A program made the translations under genes and the position numbers. Positions 10,477 through 20,360 of a DNA stretch of 64,000 nt are shown here, one piece after another. The stretch is from an uncultured Lentisphaerales bacterium (GTDB taxonomy: Bacteria; Verrucomicrobiota; Lentisphaeria; JABSQK01; UBA12247). The stretch spans positions 32,001 through 96,000 of the forward strand of contig CALSSJ010000026.1 in NCBI GenBank assembly GCA_943788985.1. Reading direction: 5' to 3'. The notes under the pieces are model-generated. The model worked only from the letters and a program-made list of their open reading frames with translations, was not told the origin of the DNA and did no database searches. Every line of letters begins with the position of its first letter. The stretch's first letter is position 1.

Positions 10477-11580
10477 TTAAAGCGCTTCGCCTACTTGTGC
10501 GAATTCCGCCTCCAGCCGGCGCTGATTCTCAGCTGCCAGAATCTCCTCCATCAGACCGCGAAACGAGCCTTCCATCACGTCCGGTAGGTTATGGCGCGTG
10601 ATTCCATAACGATGGTCCGTCACGCGATTCTGCGGAAAGTTATAGGTACGAATGCGTTCACTGCGTTCCCCCGTACCGACCTGAGATCTGCGCTGCTCGG
10701 CGGTCTTTTCTGCTTCTTCGCTACGAATCTGCTCGAGCAGTCGCGAGCAGAGAATGCGCATCGCAATCTCGCGATTACGATGCTGGGATTTTTCCTGCTG
10801 TGAAACCACCACCAAGCCAGTCGGCGTATGGGTCAACCGCACGGCTGAGTCCGTCGTATTCACACATTGTCCGCCAGGACCGGATGCACGAAACACGTCC
10901 ATACGGACGTCCTCGTTGCGAATCTGGACATCGACCTCCTGGGCTTCGGGCAACACCGCAACGGTCACAGTAGACGTATGAATTCTCCCGGCGGCTTCTG
11001 TCGCCGGCACCCGCTGTACCCGATGGACGCCACTCTCGAACTGCATAAAACGAAAAACAGAGTCGCCCTGCAGGGAGAAGGAGACATCTCGAATCCCGCC
11101 AAGATCCGACTCAGTGAGGGTGAGCACCTCAATCTGCCATCCCATGTCCTCGGCGAAGCGCGAGTAGGCGCGAAGCAATGCCCCCGCAAAAAGCGCTGCT
11201 TCGTCACCGCCGGCCGCGGGGCGAATCTCGACGATTGAGTTTCGGGAGTCGTTCGGCAGAGGCGGCAGGATCAGACTCATCACCGCGGTACTGAGCGCTT
11301 CAAGCTGTGCTTCCAGTTCCGGAATCTCAGCCTCGATCATGCTCCGAAACTCCTCATCCTCTTCGCCGGCGAGCAAGTCACGGGACTCGGCGAGTTCCTG
11401 CTGCTTGGCGCTCTTCTTGTCATAGGACGTCAGCAAGGCCGAAAGCCGCTGGTGCTCGCGACTCAACTCGACGTACTGTTCGCGGTCACTGAATGCATCA
11501 GGAGCCGCCAGTTTTGTCTCAACTTCTTCAAACGCATTGCGCATGCGCTCGATCAACGGCGCCAGATCAATAGTACTCAT
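10477..11580 (-). CDS. prfA: Peptide chain release factor 1
   Basis: ESGVHRVQRVPATE (PxT anticodon motif), GPGGQ, RSERIRTYNFPQNRVTDHR. Confidence 0.97.
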   Translation of the reverse strand: MSTIDLAPLIERMRNAFEEVETKLAAPDAFSDREQYVELSREHQRLSALLTSYDKKSAKQQELAESRDLLAGEEDEEFRSMIEAEIPELEAQLEALSTAVMSLILPPLPNDSRNSIVEIRPAAGGDEAALFAGALLRAYSRFAEDMGWQIEVLTLTESDLGGIRDVSFSLQGDSVFRFMQFESGVHRVQRVPATEAAGRIHTSTVTVAVLPEAQEVDVQIRNEDVRMDVFRASGPGGQCVNTTDSAVRLTHTPTGLVVVSQQEKSQHRNREIAMRILCSRLLEQIRSEEAEKTAEQRRSQVGTGERSERIRTYNFPQNRVTDHRYGITRHNLPDVMEGSFRGLMEEILAAENQRRLEAEFAQVGEAL

Positions 11581-11658
11581 AAAACTCGGGAGATGGGCTA
11601 GAAAAAAGATTCTTTACGATGTTCGCAAACAGCGAACGGAGTGCCGGAGAATGCCAAG

Positions 11659-14600
11659 CTAGAACTCGACCGGGGCCAGAATCAGACGAAGCCCGATGTT
11701 GTCAAAAGTGTCGTCCGTGGGAGCCCAGCCCTGTACCTCGACAGCCAGTGTCTTCTCAGTGACTTCGGTCCACGCCCCGCCGCAGACCGCGCGCTTGGTA
11801 CCCTTCTTGGTTGTGGTCCACTCCCAGACATTTCCGGCAATGCCGTAGAGTCCCCACTCGTTGGTGCCACTTTCTTCGACAGTGCATGTTGCTGGATAGG
11901 GATCGTCGTAACCATCTAGACGCCAAGCAGTGGGGAAGACTTCTTGGTTGCCAAAATTCCCGTATTTAGGAGGCCAGGAATCACCCCACGGGTACTTGCG
12001 GTCCTGCCCGCACTTGGCAAACTTCATCCATTCCTCGACTTTGGGCAACCGGAACTCGTAGTTGTTTGGCAGCTCGAAATGACGCCCGGCGGTACTCTTG
12101 ATCCACTCCGCAAAGGCGATGGCGTCGAGGTAGGTGATGTACACGACCGGCTGACGGTCGCCATCCAACGAGATTCCTTCGGCCTTCTTGCTGTTGTGCG
12201 TAGCACGGAATTGCCTGAAATCCGCGTTGGTGACTTCATACTTGGCGACCCATACGCGCATGGAGTCAATCCAAACGAAGTCCATGTTGACACCGGGGAC
12301 CGTGAAGTTGTGCCCCTTGCGGGCGGAGAATCTGTTGCGAGCTCGCAAGAGGATGGCATCTGCCTTCTTGAGTGCCTGCGTGTATTCGTCCTTGGACTCA
12401 AGAAAATCCTCTCGCGTCATAGCGTCCTGAGCAAGGCGCATGACGACGTCCAGACGCACGATATCTTCACTCAACTCGGGTGCGGCTCCTTCAAAGGCGC
12501 GAAGCTTCTGCCGTGCCTTCTCCAGCTTATCTCGTAAGGTTGCTGACTCACGGCGGCGCACTTCGTGCAATCTCTGCTCGACATCCTCAAGCATTTCGAG
12601 TGCTTCTTCGTACGCGACTGTGGACTTGTTGTATTCGCCAGAGTCTAGGAGATCGCGCGCTTTTGCACTGATCTTGTCCGGGCCAGGCAGCATGCTCTGG
12701 GCGTCAGCCTGATTGGCCAGAGCCATTCGCAGTTCGAGAAACCGTTTCTTGGCGATGTCCGCAACATCCTTTAACTTTCCCTTTTCCCGCTCCTGAACCT
12801 GCAAGGCTTCCTTTTCGACCTTCTCAAGCTCAATCAGCCCCTTCTGATAGGCTTCGGCCGCAACCTGATAGTCCGTCTGCGAGAGATAGACTGCGGCTCT
12901 GTTCGCGTAGTCATCTGCCACGTGCAGGCGGCTGCGAGTATGGGAAAGTCGGGCAACCACAGAGCGGCGGCCATTGTAATGCTCTTGCTGCTTGAGCGCT
13001 TCCCGGTGCAGCGTCTCCCGCTGCTCCTGACGCTCGCGCAGGAGTTGGGCTTCAACCTCGCGGACGCCGTTGATCGCCTCGACATAAAGACTGCGCGAAC
13101 GATTGAAATCTCCATTCAGGAAGGCACCGACAGCCTGCTGAGCGAGGTCCTCAGTGGGGGCAAGAAGCTCGACGGCACGCGGGCTGGCGGAAAGCGGCAG
13201 GCGCAGCTTGTTATACTCTTGCTTGGCGTCTTCGGCGAACCGTCGCTGGCGGGCCGTTTCTTCCTGCGCATCCTTGGCCAGATCCAGCGCTTTCTGCCGC
13301 GCCCGGTCGAGTTCGGCTAGGGCGCTGTCGAGTCCCTCGACCGCTGCTTCAAGGTCGCCTGCGTCCTTGCGGCGTATGGCTGCGTCCCGTACCGCATCTG
13401 CGGCTTCGAGCAGACTTGCCGCGTAGGCATCCTGCGCCAGCGTGATCCGCTCGGTGGTGTAGCGATCCTCTCGGTTGACGACGCGACGCTTCAGCTCCTC
13501 CGCCTCTTGGACGCGCTGCTCGGCAACACTCTGCTTGATCCCACGCAGCTGATCGAGTCCAGCGCTATATGCCTGGATGGCCTGCTCGTACTGTTCATTA
13601 TTAAACGCTTCGCGCGCCGTTCGATCGATCGATTCGACGTTAGTCAGCAACCCGCGGCCGAGCCGGTCCTCGGCTAATTCTACCTGCAAGTCGCTGAACT
13701 GCTTACGAAGTCCCTCGGCATCGGTCGCCAAGTTTTCTTGTCGGCGCTGCGCCAGCGTCACTTGATCATCGATGGCCTTTAACTGAACGAGGAGTGCGCG
13801 ATATGCTTCCAGCGCAGCCACGTATTTCCCTTCATTAAGGGACTCGCGCGCGGCCTCGGCTCCTTCTTTGATCGGTGGGAGTTGGGGCTGGGCGATGCTC
13901 TCACTGATTAGCTTGGTATAGAGGTTTTCATAGCGGTCACGTAGATCGATGGCCTGATCTCGATCGGATGTGTCAGGCGGCAATGGCGGCGCGTCTGGCA
14001 CTCGATTCACATTGACAGGAGGCGGCGGTTTGGGCATCAATTTATGCACGCCAAAGGCGGCGATCGCCAGCAAAAACACTGCGGCGATAGCGAGCAGCTT
14101 GCCTGGTTTTGGGCCCACTCCAGCACCAGTCCCCAAGCCTCGAATGAATTCTTCACAACCGGGGAAACGATCGTCCGGATCACGCGAAAGTGCCTTCAGT
14201 AGGGCGGCATTCTCCCTTCGTGAGAGTCCCTCAATGGGTTCGACGTCTCCAGTCTCAGTCACGAGTTGATAAAACTCGCGGGCATGTGATTCAACCACAG
14301 TCTTGGTGTCATCCCCACAATCATCTTCTGAAGAACCAAGCGGAGCCTGGACCCAGAAAGGCACACGCTTCGATAGCATCTCGTAGACGATCGCAGCAAA
14401 TGCGTACTGATCAGACGCCATGGTGGGCGCACTCCGCTCCCACATCTCCGGCGCCATATATTCCCGGGTTGCGAGCGGCAAGAGATGGTGTTCATCTTGC
14501 GCGGCTTCGGGCGCATCGTCGCCGGGATACATGATCCCATAGTCCAGCAATTTGGCGGTGTTACTCCCCTCACAGAGGAAGATGGACTCCGGTTTGATAT

Positions 14601-16023
14601 CCCAGTGCACGGATTTGAAGGACTTATTGACACTGTCGATGGCATGCGCGACGGTGGTCAACGCTGGCTCAATTCCAGGGACATTCAGGGTCTTGTGCTC
14701 GGTGACCAACTGGTGTGTAAACTGGCGTAGATTGCACCCGGAAAGCAGCTCCATGATAATGAACAGCTCGCCGGTCGTGGCGTCTTCTTCGATGTCGCGC
14801 ACCTGCACGAGATTGCGATGCGACATCTCGAGCAGCTGCTGATAGTTGCGCTTGACCAGCTCCATGCGATCGACGGGGAACTCGCGACCGGGATAGAGGC
14901 TCTTAATCGCACACTCCAGCTTGTTGTGCGTATCGAGCCCATGATAAACCATGCCAGCCCGCCCAAGCCCGATGGGTTTAAGGACCCGATATCGGTCCTT
15001 GATCAGCGTATCGGTCGCGTAGAACGACTGCGGAATCTCGTCATGACGCATGCCGGGCTGTGTGGCAATCCGAGTAGGAAGCGAGGCGGACGGCTCATGC
15101 CCGGAGAGCGCGTCTGCCCCGGCTGCATTGCCCAGCGGCACCTGCGCCAGCGCGCGAATCAACTCCTGATAGGAGCCAAACCGATCCTCAGCCTTGGGCT
15201 CCATCATCCGATAGATAACAGCCTGTAGAACGTCTGGAACGTTTTCGCGCAGATCGTTGATCTGGGTGTACTGCTTCTGCACCTGCGACATGTAGACCAT
15301 GGGAGCAGTCTTGCCTTGGAAGGCTTTGCGTCCGGTCAGCACTTCATACAACGTCACGCCTAGGGCAAACATATCCGTACGAAAATCAATATTCGTCTGC
15401 CCAACAGCCTGCTCAGGCGCCATGTACTGGGGCGTACCGAGCGGCGTACCAACGTTCGTGAGATCCGGCATGTCATACATGGTGTCGGCGTCATCATCAT
15501 CCTCGGTAATCGGCTTGGCCAGCCCCATGTCCACGATTTTGACCAAGTTCGCCTTTGTCAGCATGATGTTCGCGGGTTTGATGTCTCGGTGGATGATCTT
15601 GTATTCGTCCCAGGCATGACTGAGTCCGGCCACGGCCTGCTGAGCCAAACTGATCACATCACTGACGGCCAGAAGATCGCCCTGCTCGATCGAGTGCCCG
15701 ACGGTGCGACCGTCAATAAACTCCATCGCGATGAACCAGTCATCCGAATCGAAGTTTGCCTCGTAAATCTGGGCCACGTTCGGATGGTTCACCGACGCCG
15801 CGCTGCGCGCTTCGCGCACAAACCGCTGCTCAACGGTTTCCTGAAGAACCGGATTTGCTTGGTGCGATAGCAGGCTGCGGCTCATGAATTTAATCGCCAC
15901 GCGTCGGGACAACGTCAGATCGTCAGCAGCATAGACTGTACCCATGCCGCCTTCGCCAATCTTCGACGCAATGCGAAAATGGCTAATTGTTGTACCTGGT
16001 TCTAGGTCAAATATCTCGGGCAT
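11659..16023 (-). CDS. Membrane Ser/Thr kinase with two kinase domains, helical repeats and a C-terminal FGE/SUMF1-fold domain
   Basis: Kinase 1 GEGGMG/AIK/HRDIKPAN/GTPQYMAPE; kinase 2 HWDIKPES/DYG/EYMAPE; TM LLAIAAVFLLAIAAFGV; C-terminal RLP..EW, YPWG, GLYGIAGNVWEW. Confidence 0.9.
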   Translation of the reverse strand: MPEIFDLEPGTTISHFRIASKIGEGGMGTVYAADDLTLSRRVAIKFMSRSLLSHQANPVLQETVEQRFVREARSAASVNHPNVAQIYEANFDSDDWFIAMEFIDGRTVGHSIEQGDLLAVSDVISLAQQAVAGLSHAWDEYKIIHRDIKPANIMLTKANLVKIVDMGLAKPITEDDDDADTMYDMPDLTNVGTPLGTPQYMAPEQAVGQTNIDFRTDMFALGVTLYEVLTGRKAFQGKTAPMVYMSQVQKQYTQINDLRENVPDVLQAVIYRMMEPKAEDRFGSYQELIRALAQVPLGNAAGADALSGHEPSASLPTRIATQPGMRHDEIPQSFYATDTLIKDRYRVLKPIGLGRAGMVYHGLDTHNKLECAIKSLYPGREFPVDRMELVKRNYQQLLEMSHRNLVQVRDIEEDATTGELFIIMELLSGCNLRQFTHQLVTEHKTLNVPGIEPALTTVAHAIDSVNKSFKSVHWDIKPESIFLCEGSNTAKLLDYGIMYPGDDAPEAAQDEHHLLPLATREYMAPEMWERSAPTMASDQYAFAAIVYEMLSKRVPFWVQAPLGSSEDDCGDDTKTVVESHAREFYQLVTETGDVEPIEGLSRRENAALLKALSRDPDDRFPGCEEFIRGLGTGAGVGPKPGKLLAIAAVFLLAIAAFGVHKLMPKPPPPVNVNRVPDAPPLPPDTSDRDQAIDLRDRYENLYTKLISESIAQPQLPPIKEGAEAARESLNEGKYVAALEAYRALLVQLKAIDDQVTLAQRRQENLATDAEGLRKQFSDLQVELAEDRLGRGLLTNVESIDRTAREAFNNEQYEQAIQAYSAGLDQLRGIKQSVAEQRVQEAEELKRRVVNREDRYTTERITLAQDAYAASLLEAADAVRDAAIRRKDAGDLEAAVEGLDSALAELDRARQKALDLAKDAQEETARQRRFAEDAKQEYNKLRLPLSASPRAVELLAPTEDLAQQAVGAFLNGDFNRSRSLYVEAINGVREVEAQLLRERQEQRETLHREALKQQEHYNGRRSVVARLSHTRSRLHVADDYANRAAVYLSQTDYQVAAEAYQKGLIELEKVEKEALQVQEREKGKLKDVADIAKKRFLELRMALANQADAQSMLPGPDKISAKARDLLDSGEYNKSTVAYEEALEMLEDVEQRLHEVRRRESATLRDKLEKARQKLRAFEGAAPELSEDIVRLDVVMRLAQDAMTREDFLESKDEYTQALKKADAILLRARNRFSARKGHNFTVPGVNMDFVWIDSMRVWVAKYEVTNADFRQFRATHNSKKAEGISLDGDRQPVVYITYLDAIAFAEWIKSTAGRHFELPNNYEFRLPKVEEWMKFAKCGQDRKYPWGDSWPPKYGNFGNQEVFPTAWRLDGYDDPYPATCTVEESGTNEWGLYGIAGNVWEWTTTKKGTKRAVCGGAWTEVTEKTLAVEVQGWAPTDDTFDNIGLRLILAPVEF

Positions 16024-16060
16024 GTTTGCTCCGCAGGCTCAAAAGCACAGATTGCCAAGT

Positions 16061-16088
16061 AGTGTACCGCCCTGCAGGCGGGGCGCAA
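16061..16088 (-). promoter_or_regulatory. Putative sigma70 promoter of the tandem kinase gene
   Basis: TTGCGC-N16-TACACT on the minus strand. Confidence 0.5.
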
Positions 16089-16168
16089 TCGTAAACGCTG
16101 CCAATCGAGGAAATATCTGCTCGTTCCAACTGATCGCTTATTGGGGACAATTCACTGCCTGATCCTGC

Positions 16169-16196
16169 TTGATCGCGGCCACAGCGTAGCTATACT
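16169..16196 (+). promoter_or_regulatory. Putative sigma70 promoter of the REC-PATAN gene
   Basis: TTGATC-N16-TATACT, 30 bp before the ATG. Confidence 0.55.
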
Positions 16197-16226
16197 ACGA
16201 GTCGCCGGCGCCCATACACGGAGGAC

Positions 16227-18395
16227 ATGACACAGCAGATGACCGAAGGCAAAAGCAAAGGTATTCTGTTTCTCTCGGATCAAGGAGGGGATCAATACGA
16301 CATCAGGAACCTGTTCGAGGAACAAGGCTTCGCTGTCCACTTTCGTGATTCCGCCAAGCGGGCCATGCAGTATCTGAGCGTCTCGGAAGTGGCTCTGGTC
16401 ATATGTGATTGGCAACTGCGAGAAATGAGCGGCGTAATTTTCTGCCGTCAGCTACGCATGGCGCCGGAGCATCAGACGCAACCGCTGGTCCTGGTCGGTG
16501 AGGAAGTTGAGGGCGGCGAGAATTGCGTTTCGGCCCTGGAGGCAGGCGCAGATGACTTTATCGAAGCCCCATTCATCCCTGCGGTTCTGCTGGCACGCGC
16601 AGGACGGCTACTAGGTAAAACAGACGACGTAGCGGGCACAATGAGCGTGCATGTGGAGGCGGGGCAGCTCCCCGGCATTCTCCAGTATCTGGAGACAGAC
16701 AAGCGCACGGGGACGCTAACCATAGATGCAGAAGAAGCCACTGCCGTGCTGTACTTCCGCGAAGGGCGCCTCGTCAACGCGATCACCGAGTGCTGCGAGG
16801 ATCTGGACGTGGTCTCAGAGGTTCTCTGTTGGGAGTCTTCGGATGTGACCTTCCATGAAGGCAGTTTAGCGGAGCAAAACGTCGTCTTTGATCACGAAGT
16901 GACCGGCACGCTGATGAGTTGCGTCGTCAACGTCGACGAGTATCGAGAGACCCAAAAGAATCTCCCGCCCATGGAAGCACTGTTCAAGATCGGTCCTGCT
17001 ACGACGGTCGAGCTTAACGACAACGAGACCAAGATCCTCGAGATGGCAGTCAACGGCTATGCGATTGACGATCTAGTGCATCAAGAAGGGATGACTGTGC
17101 GCCAGGCGACAATGCAGCTGCATTCGCTGCTTGAGCGCGGTCTGCTCGTAGCAGAAGAGGGGCCTTTCGCTGAATACCAAGCTCGGATTTATGAAGAATA
17201 CCGGTCACACCGGTTGCTGGAAGAGAATCTAAAGCGGATCCGCGACATTCTGACAGATCTGTCTTTTCCACTCCCGCCGCAACCCGAATCGCTGCCACTT
17301 TCGCGGCAGGATTGGCTCGCGCCAGCGCCAAGGCTGGTCATCACCGGCGACAATGCCGAGCACTTACAGGTGCTGATGCAGTCATTTCGGCTGCTCAGCG
17401 CGAGGGTTTCTGGAGAACTCCCGCGCACCCGGCGCGGGCGCAACGGAGATGACAGGATGCGGCTTTCGTTTGGCAACGACCTGCCGTTTGATATCCAGAT
17501 TATCCCTGGGGTATTAGACGCCAATGGGATCGGCTCTCTCCCGGAATACCTGTTCGACGCCTGTAGCGTCGTTTTCGTCGTCAGTAAGCAGGATCACGAT
17601 TCCTGCCGGGATAATCTGCGCACTCTGCGACTGCTGCGCCAGAATTTCCGCGGCGTCTACTATTTGGTCGTCCCCCAGGTTGCGAACAGCGCTGGGATGT
17701 ATGAATTTCGGATGGACTGTAGCCATTGCGGCTACCGCCTCGCGGTGGACATGAGTCTGTCCGGCTCCATGGGCGAATGCCCGATCTGCAATAACACGAT
17801 CACGATCCCGGATCCGCTTGAGCACCTCACCTACACGCTCAAGATTCCATCTGCGGTTCCTGCCGTAATGATTAAGCCGGACATCGAGCGTCATGTCCGC
17901 GATCTCCTGCTGTTCGTGATTCAAAGCATCCAGAAGGGCTGCAACCCGCCGCGCAAGCGCCCGGCCAGAAAGAAGGGTGCAAACAAGCACGCCGTCCCCA
18001 CGACCAAACTTCAACTGCCCGAAGATCTTAAGAGTTCCCAAGTCCTGGCAGTCTCTGAAGTAAAATCGCGCACCGGCACCGGTTTTGATGTACACGCGGT
18101 GGAATCCCATGACTCACAGGACCCAGAAAGTGCACCAGAGGAGCCTGAGGTTCCGGTCCAATCGCCGACCGAGAAAAAGGAAGCCCGCGAGGCGAAAACC
18201 GAAGTGGATCGCGGGACCAAGAAGCTGCACATCAAGCAAATGCCAGGCGCGGATGGACGCGTCGAGGACGTCCAGAAGGTCTTGGATGAAATCATGGCTG
18301 ATGAGAACTCTTCAACCAAGTTCCTCGACGACGACTCGCAATTCGACATCGACGACTTCGTCCGCCAGATCAGCATGCGCTCAAAAAATCCCTGA
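16227..18395 (+). CDS. Multidomain regulator: degenerate receiver, DUF4388/PATAN, winged helix, degenerate small-GTPase-like domain with Zn ribbon
   Basis: VICDWQLREMSG...ALEAGADDFI; LPGILQYL...TGTLTI...LYFREGRLVNA; CSHC...CPIC. Confidence 0.8.
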   Translation: MTQQMTEGKSKGILFLSDQGGDQYDIRNLFEEQGFAVHFRDSAKRAMQYLSVSEVALVICDWQLREMSGVIFCRQLRMAPEHQTQPLVLVGEEVEGGENCVSALEAGADDFIEAPFIPAVLLARAGRLLGKTDDVAGTMSVHVEAGQLPGILQYLETDKRTGTLTIDAEEATAVLYFREGRLVNAITECCEDLDVVSEVLCWESSDVTFHEGSLAEQNVVFDHEVTGTLMSCVVNVDEYRETQKNLPPMEALFKIGPATTVELNDNETKILEMAVNGYAIDDLVHQEGMTVRQATMQLHSLLERGLLVAEEGPFAEYQARIYEEYRSHRLLEENLKRIRDILTDLSFPLPPQPESLPLSRQDWLAPAPRLVITGDNAEHLQVLMQSFRLLSARVSGELPRTRRGRNGDDRMRLSFGNDLPFDIQIIPGVLDANGIGSLPEYLFDACSVVFVVSKQDHDSCRDNLRTLRLLRQNFRGVYYLVVPQVANSAGMYEFRMDCSHCGYRLAVDMSLSGSMGECPICNNTITIPDPLEHLTYTLKIPSAVPAVMIKPDIERHVRDLLLFVIQSIQKGCNPPRKRPARKKGANKHAVPTTKLQLPEDLKSSQVLAVSEVKSRTGTGFDVHAVESHDSQDPESAPEEPEVPVQSPTEKKEAREAKTEVDRGTKKLHIKQMPGADGRVEDVQKVLDEIMADENSSTKFLDDDSQFDIDDFVRQISMRSKNP

Positions 18396-18437
18396 CCAGC
18401 GCCAGACCACTGGTGCGGCGGCAGTCCGTCGAACAGC

Positions 18438-19025
18438 TCAGTGACGCTCCAGACAGGCGCAGCTGAACATCCCCATCAGCATCACGACCAGGCAGATCAC
18501 GCTCACGGTTCGCCTTCGCCCCAGCCTGCGGCGGAAGGCCAACCCGAGCAGCGCGCAAAGCGGCACCAGAACCAGCGCTTCCAATGCCAGGTTTCGCAGA
18601 AAGACCGAGCTACCTGGCAACGCCGCGCTCGGCAGCAAACCGACCGGGCTATGATACAGCTCGCGAAGAAACGGCCAGAACAGCGGCAGTTTCATCACCG
18701 CCACGGCCAGATCCAAGAGCAGGTGCGAAGCGCCCGCACACGCCACCTCCAAACCCTGCACCGCCAGAACCCGCCCGCGCGACCCGCCAAGCGCGATTGT
18801 CGCCACAGACAGCAAGGGTAGCGCCAAAGCAAAAAGCAAAGAATGCGTAATGCGCAGATTCTCGAAGTTCTTCGCGGCCAGCGCTGACACCACGTAGTCG
18901 AGATCCGGGGCTGCGGCAACAAATGCAAGCCAGGCCACCCACAGGCCCCGACGCAATGTCCAAGCCCGGCGATCGCGGGTGCCCACGAAAACCCCCATCG
19001 CAAGATGTGCCGCCGGTGATGACAT
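18438..19025 (-). CDS. Membrane metal-dependent hydrolase (YbcI/DUF457-like)
   Basis: MSSPAAH, PDLD, RITHSL and SHLLLD motifs; several TM segments. Confidence 0.8.
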   Translation of the reverse strand: MSSPAAHLAMGVFVGTRDRRAWTLRRGLWVAWLAFVAAAPDLDYVVSALAAKNFENLRITHSLLFALALPLLSVATIALGGSRGRVLAVQGLEVACAGASHLLLDLAVAVMKLPLFWPFLRELYHSPVGLLPSAALPGSSVFLRNLALEALVLVPLCALLGLAFRRRLGRRRTVSVICLVVMLMGMFSCACLERH

Positions 19026-19141
19026 CTGCCTGCTCCTCGCCCCAATCCATCCAGTTCCTTCGTCCGGCTGTAATCATGCCGCAGACCGGCCAGATCGCAA
19101 CCGCGCAGACCTCCCGAGACACAGGCTTGTCATAGCTCTAC

Positions 19142-19169
19142 TTGCAAGTGCCATGCGGCCCCCTATCGT
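19142..19169 (+). promoter_or_regulatory. Putative sigma70 promoter of the MoxR operon
   Basis: TTGCAA-N16-TATCGT. Confidence 0.5.
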
Positions 19170-19202
19170 CCCATTAAAATCTGTTCCGGAGCTGGAGGCG
19201 GT

Positions 19203-20360
19203 ATGAGCAATGAAGAGGCAATAGGAGAAACGCTAGCCATCGGGTCGCGATTGGTCCGCGACGTTCTTTCTCCCATGAAGCGGACCTTTGTCGGCAAGGA
19301 TACCATTGTTGACCTGCTCGGCATCTGTCTGGTTGCGCGCGAAAACCTGTTCATCCTGGGGCCACCAGGAACTGCCAAGAGCGCCCTTGTGAACGATTTA
19401 GCCAAGCGCTTACAGGGCAACACCTTCGACTATCTGCTGACGCGCTTCACCGAACCCAATGAGCTCTTCGGACCGTTTGACATCCGCAAGCTGCGGGAAG
19501 GCGATCTGGTCACGAACACCACGGGCATGCTGCCGGAAGCATCGCTCGTTTTTCTGGACGAGCTCCTGAATGCAAACTCCGCAATCCTGAACAGCCTGCT
19601 GACCGTGCTGAACGAACGCGTCTTTCGTCGCGGCGCGGAGACCCGCGCGCTGCCAGTCCAATTGATCGTAGGCGCGAGTAACACGCTACCAGAGGACGAT
19701 GCGCTGAATGCACTGTTTGACCGCTTTCTGCTGCGCGTAAACTGTGAGAATGTCGATGATGAACGCCTAGCGGACGTGCTCGCCGCTGGTTGGACGCTGG
19801 AAATGGACCAGAAGACCCAGGCTGCTGTATCCGTCGAGGAAGTCAAGCACCTGCACCGCCTGCTCCCATACGTCGATCTTCGACAGTCACGCGCGCCAAT
19901 GGTGCAGTTGGTTCGGAGAATTCGGACCGCGGGCCTCCCGTGTTCCGACCGACGCGCAGTCAAAATGCAGAAGCTCGTCGCGGCCAGTGCCCTGCTTTCC
20001 GGGCGCATGTCCAGTGACCCGACCGACCTGTGGTGCTTTCGCTACATATGGGACTCCCCGGACCAGCAGGAGATTCTGCAAGGTTTGGTCGATGACCTGA
20101 TGAGCAAAGTTGAAGAAGGTCCTAGTGAGCATCCACATGCGCGGCGGGCACAGCCTCCAAACCCGGAAGAACTAGCCCAGGAGCTCGATCAGGTCGAGAC
20201 TTCCCTGACTACCGCGCCGGACGCCCCCAGCAGGCAGCTTGCGATCGATCGCTTGAGCATTCTAGCCAACCGTTGCGAGTGGGTGACCGACGAGGCACGG
20301 CGCGGCTTTCTGCGTAATCGCGTGCAGACCATCTTCGCGAAGGGAAGCGTAAGTGGCTGA
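19203..20360 (+). CDS. MoxR/RavA-family AAA+ ATPase
   Basis: ENLFILGPPGTAKS, YLLTRFTEPNELFGP, FLDE..NANSAILNSLLTVLNER, ALFDRF. Confidence 0.92.
   Translation: MSNEEAIGETLAIGSRLVRDVLSPMKRTFVGKDTIVDLLGICLVARENLFILGPPGTAKSALVNDLAKRLQGNTFDYLLTRFTEPNELFGPFDIRKLREGDLVTNTTGMLPEASLVFLDELLNANSAILNSLLTVLNERVFRRGAETRALPVQLIVGASNTLPEDDALNALFDRFLLRVNCENVDDERLADVLAAGWTLEMDQKTQAAVSVEEVKHLHRLLPYVDLRQSRAPMVQLVRRIRTAGLPCSDRRAVKMQKLVAASALLSGRMSSDPTDLWCFRYIWDSPDQQEILQGLVDDLMSKVEEGPSEHPHARRAQPPNPEELAQELDQVETSLTTAPDAPSRQLAIDRLSILANRCEWVTDEARRGFLRNRVQTIFAKGSVSG

Noticed and set aside
10477..11580. prfB with a programmed +1 frameshift
   Set aside because: The PAT motif and uninterrupted ORF identify RF1.
12335..12348. 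14-bp perfect palindrome TTGCGAGCTCGCAA and similar variants at 22782-22804
   Set aside because: Half-site spacing differs from the 15-bp consensus, so they were not counted; they may be related.
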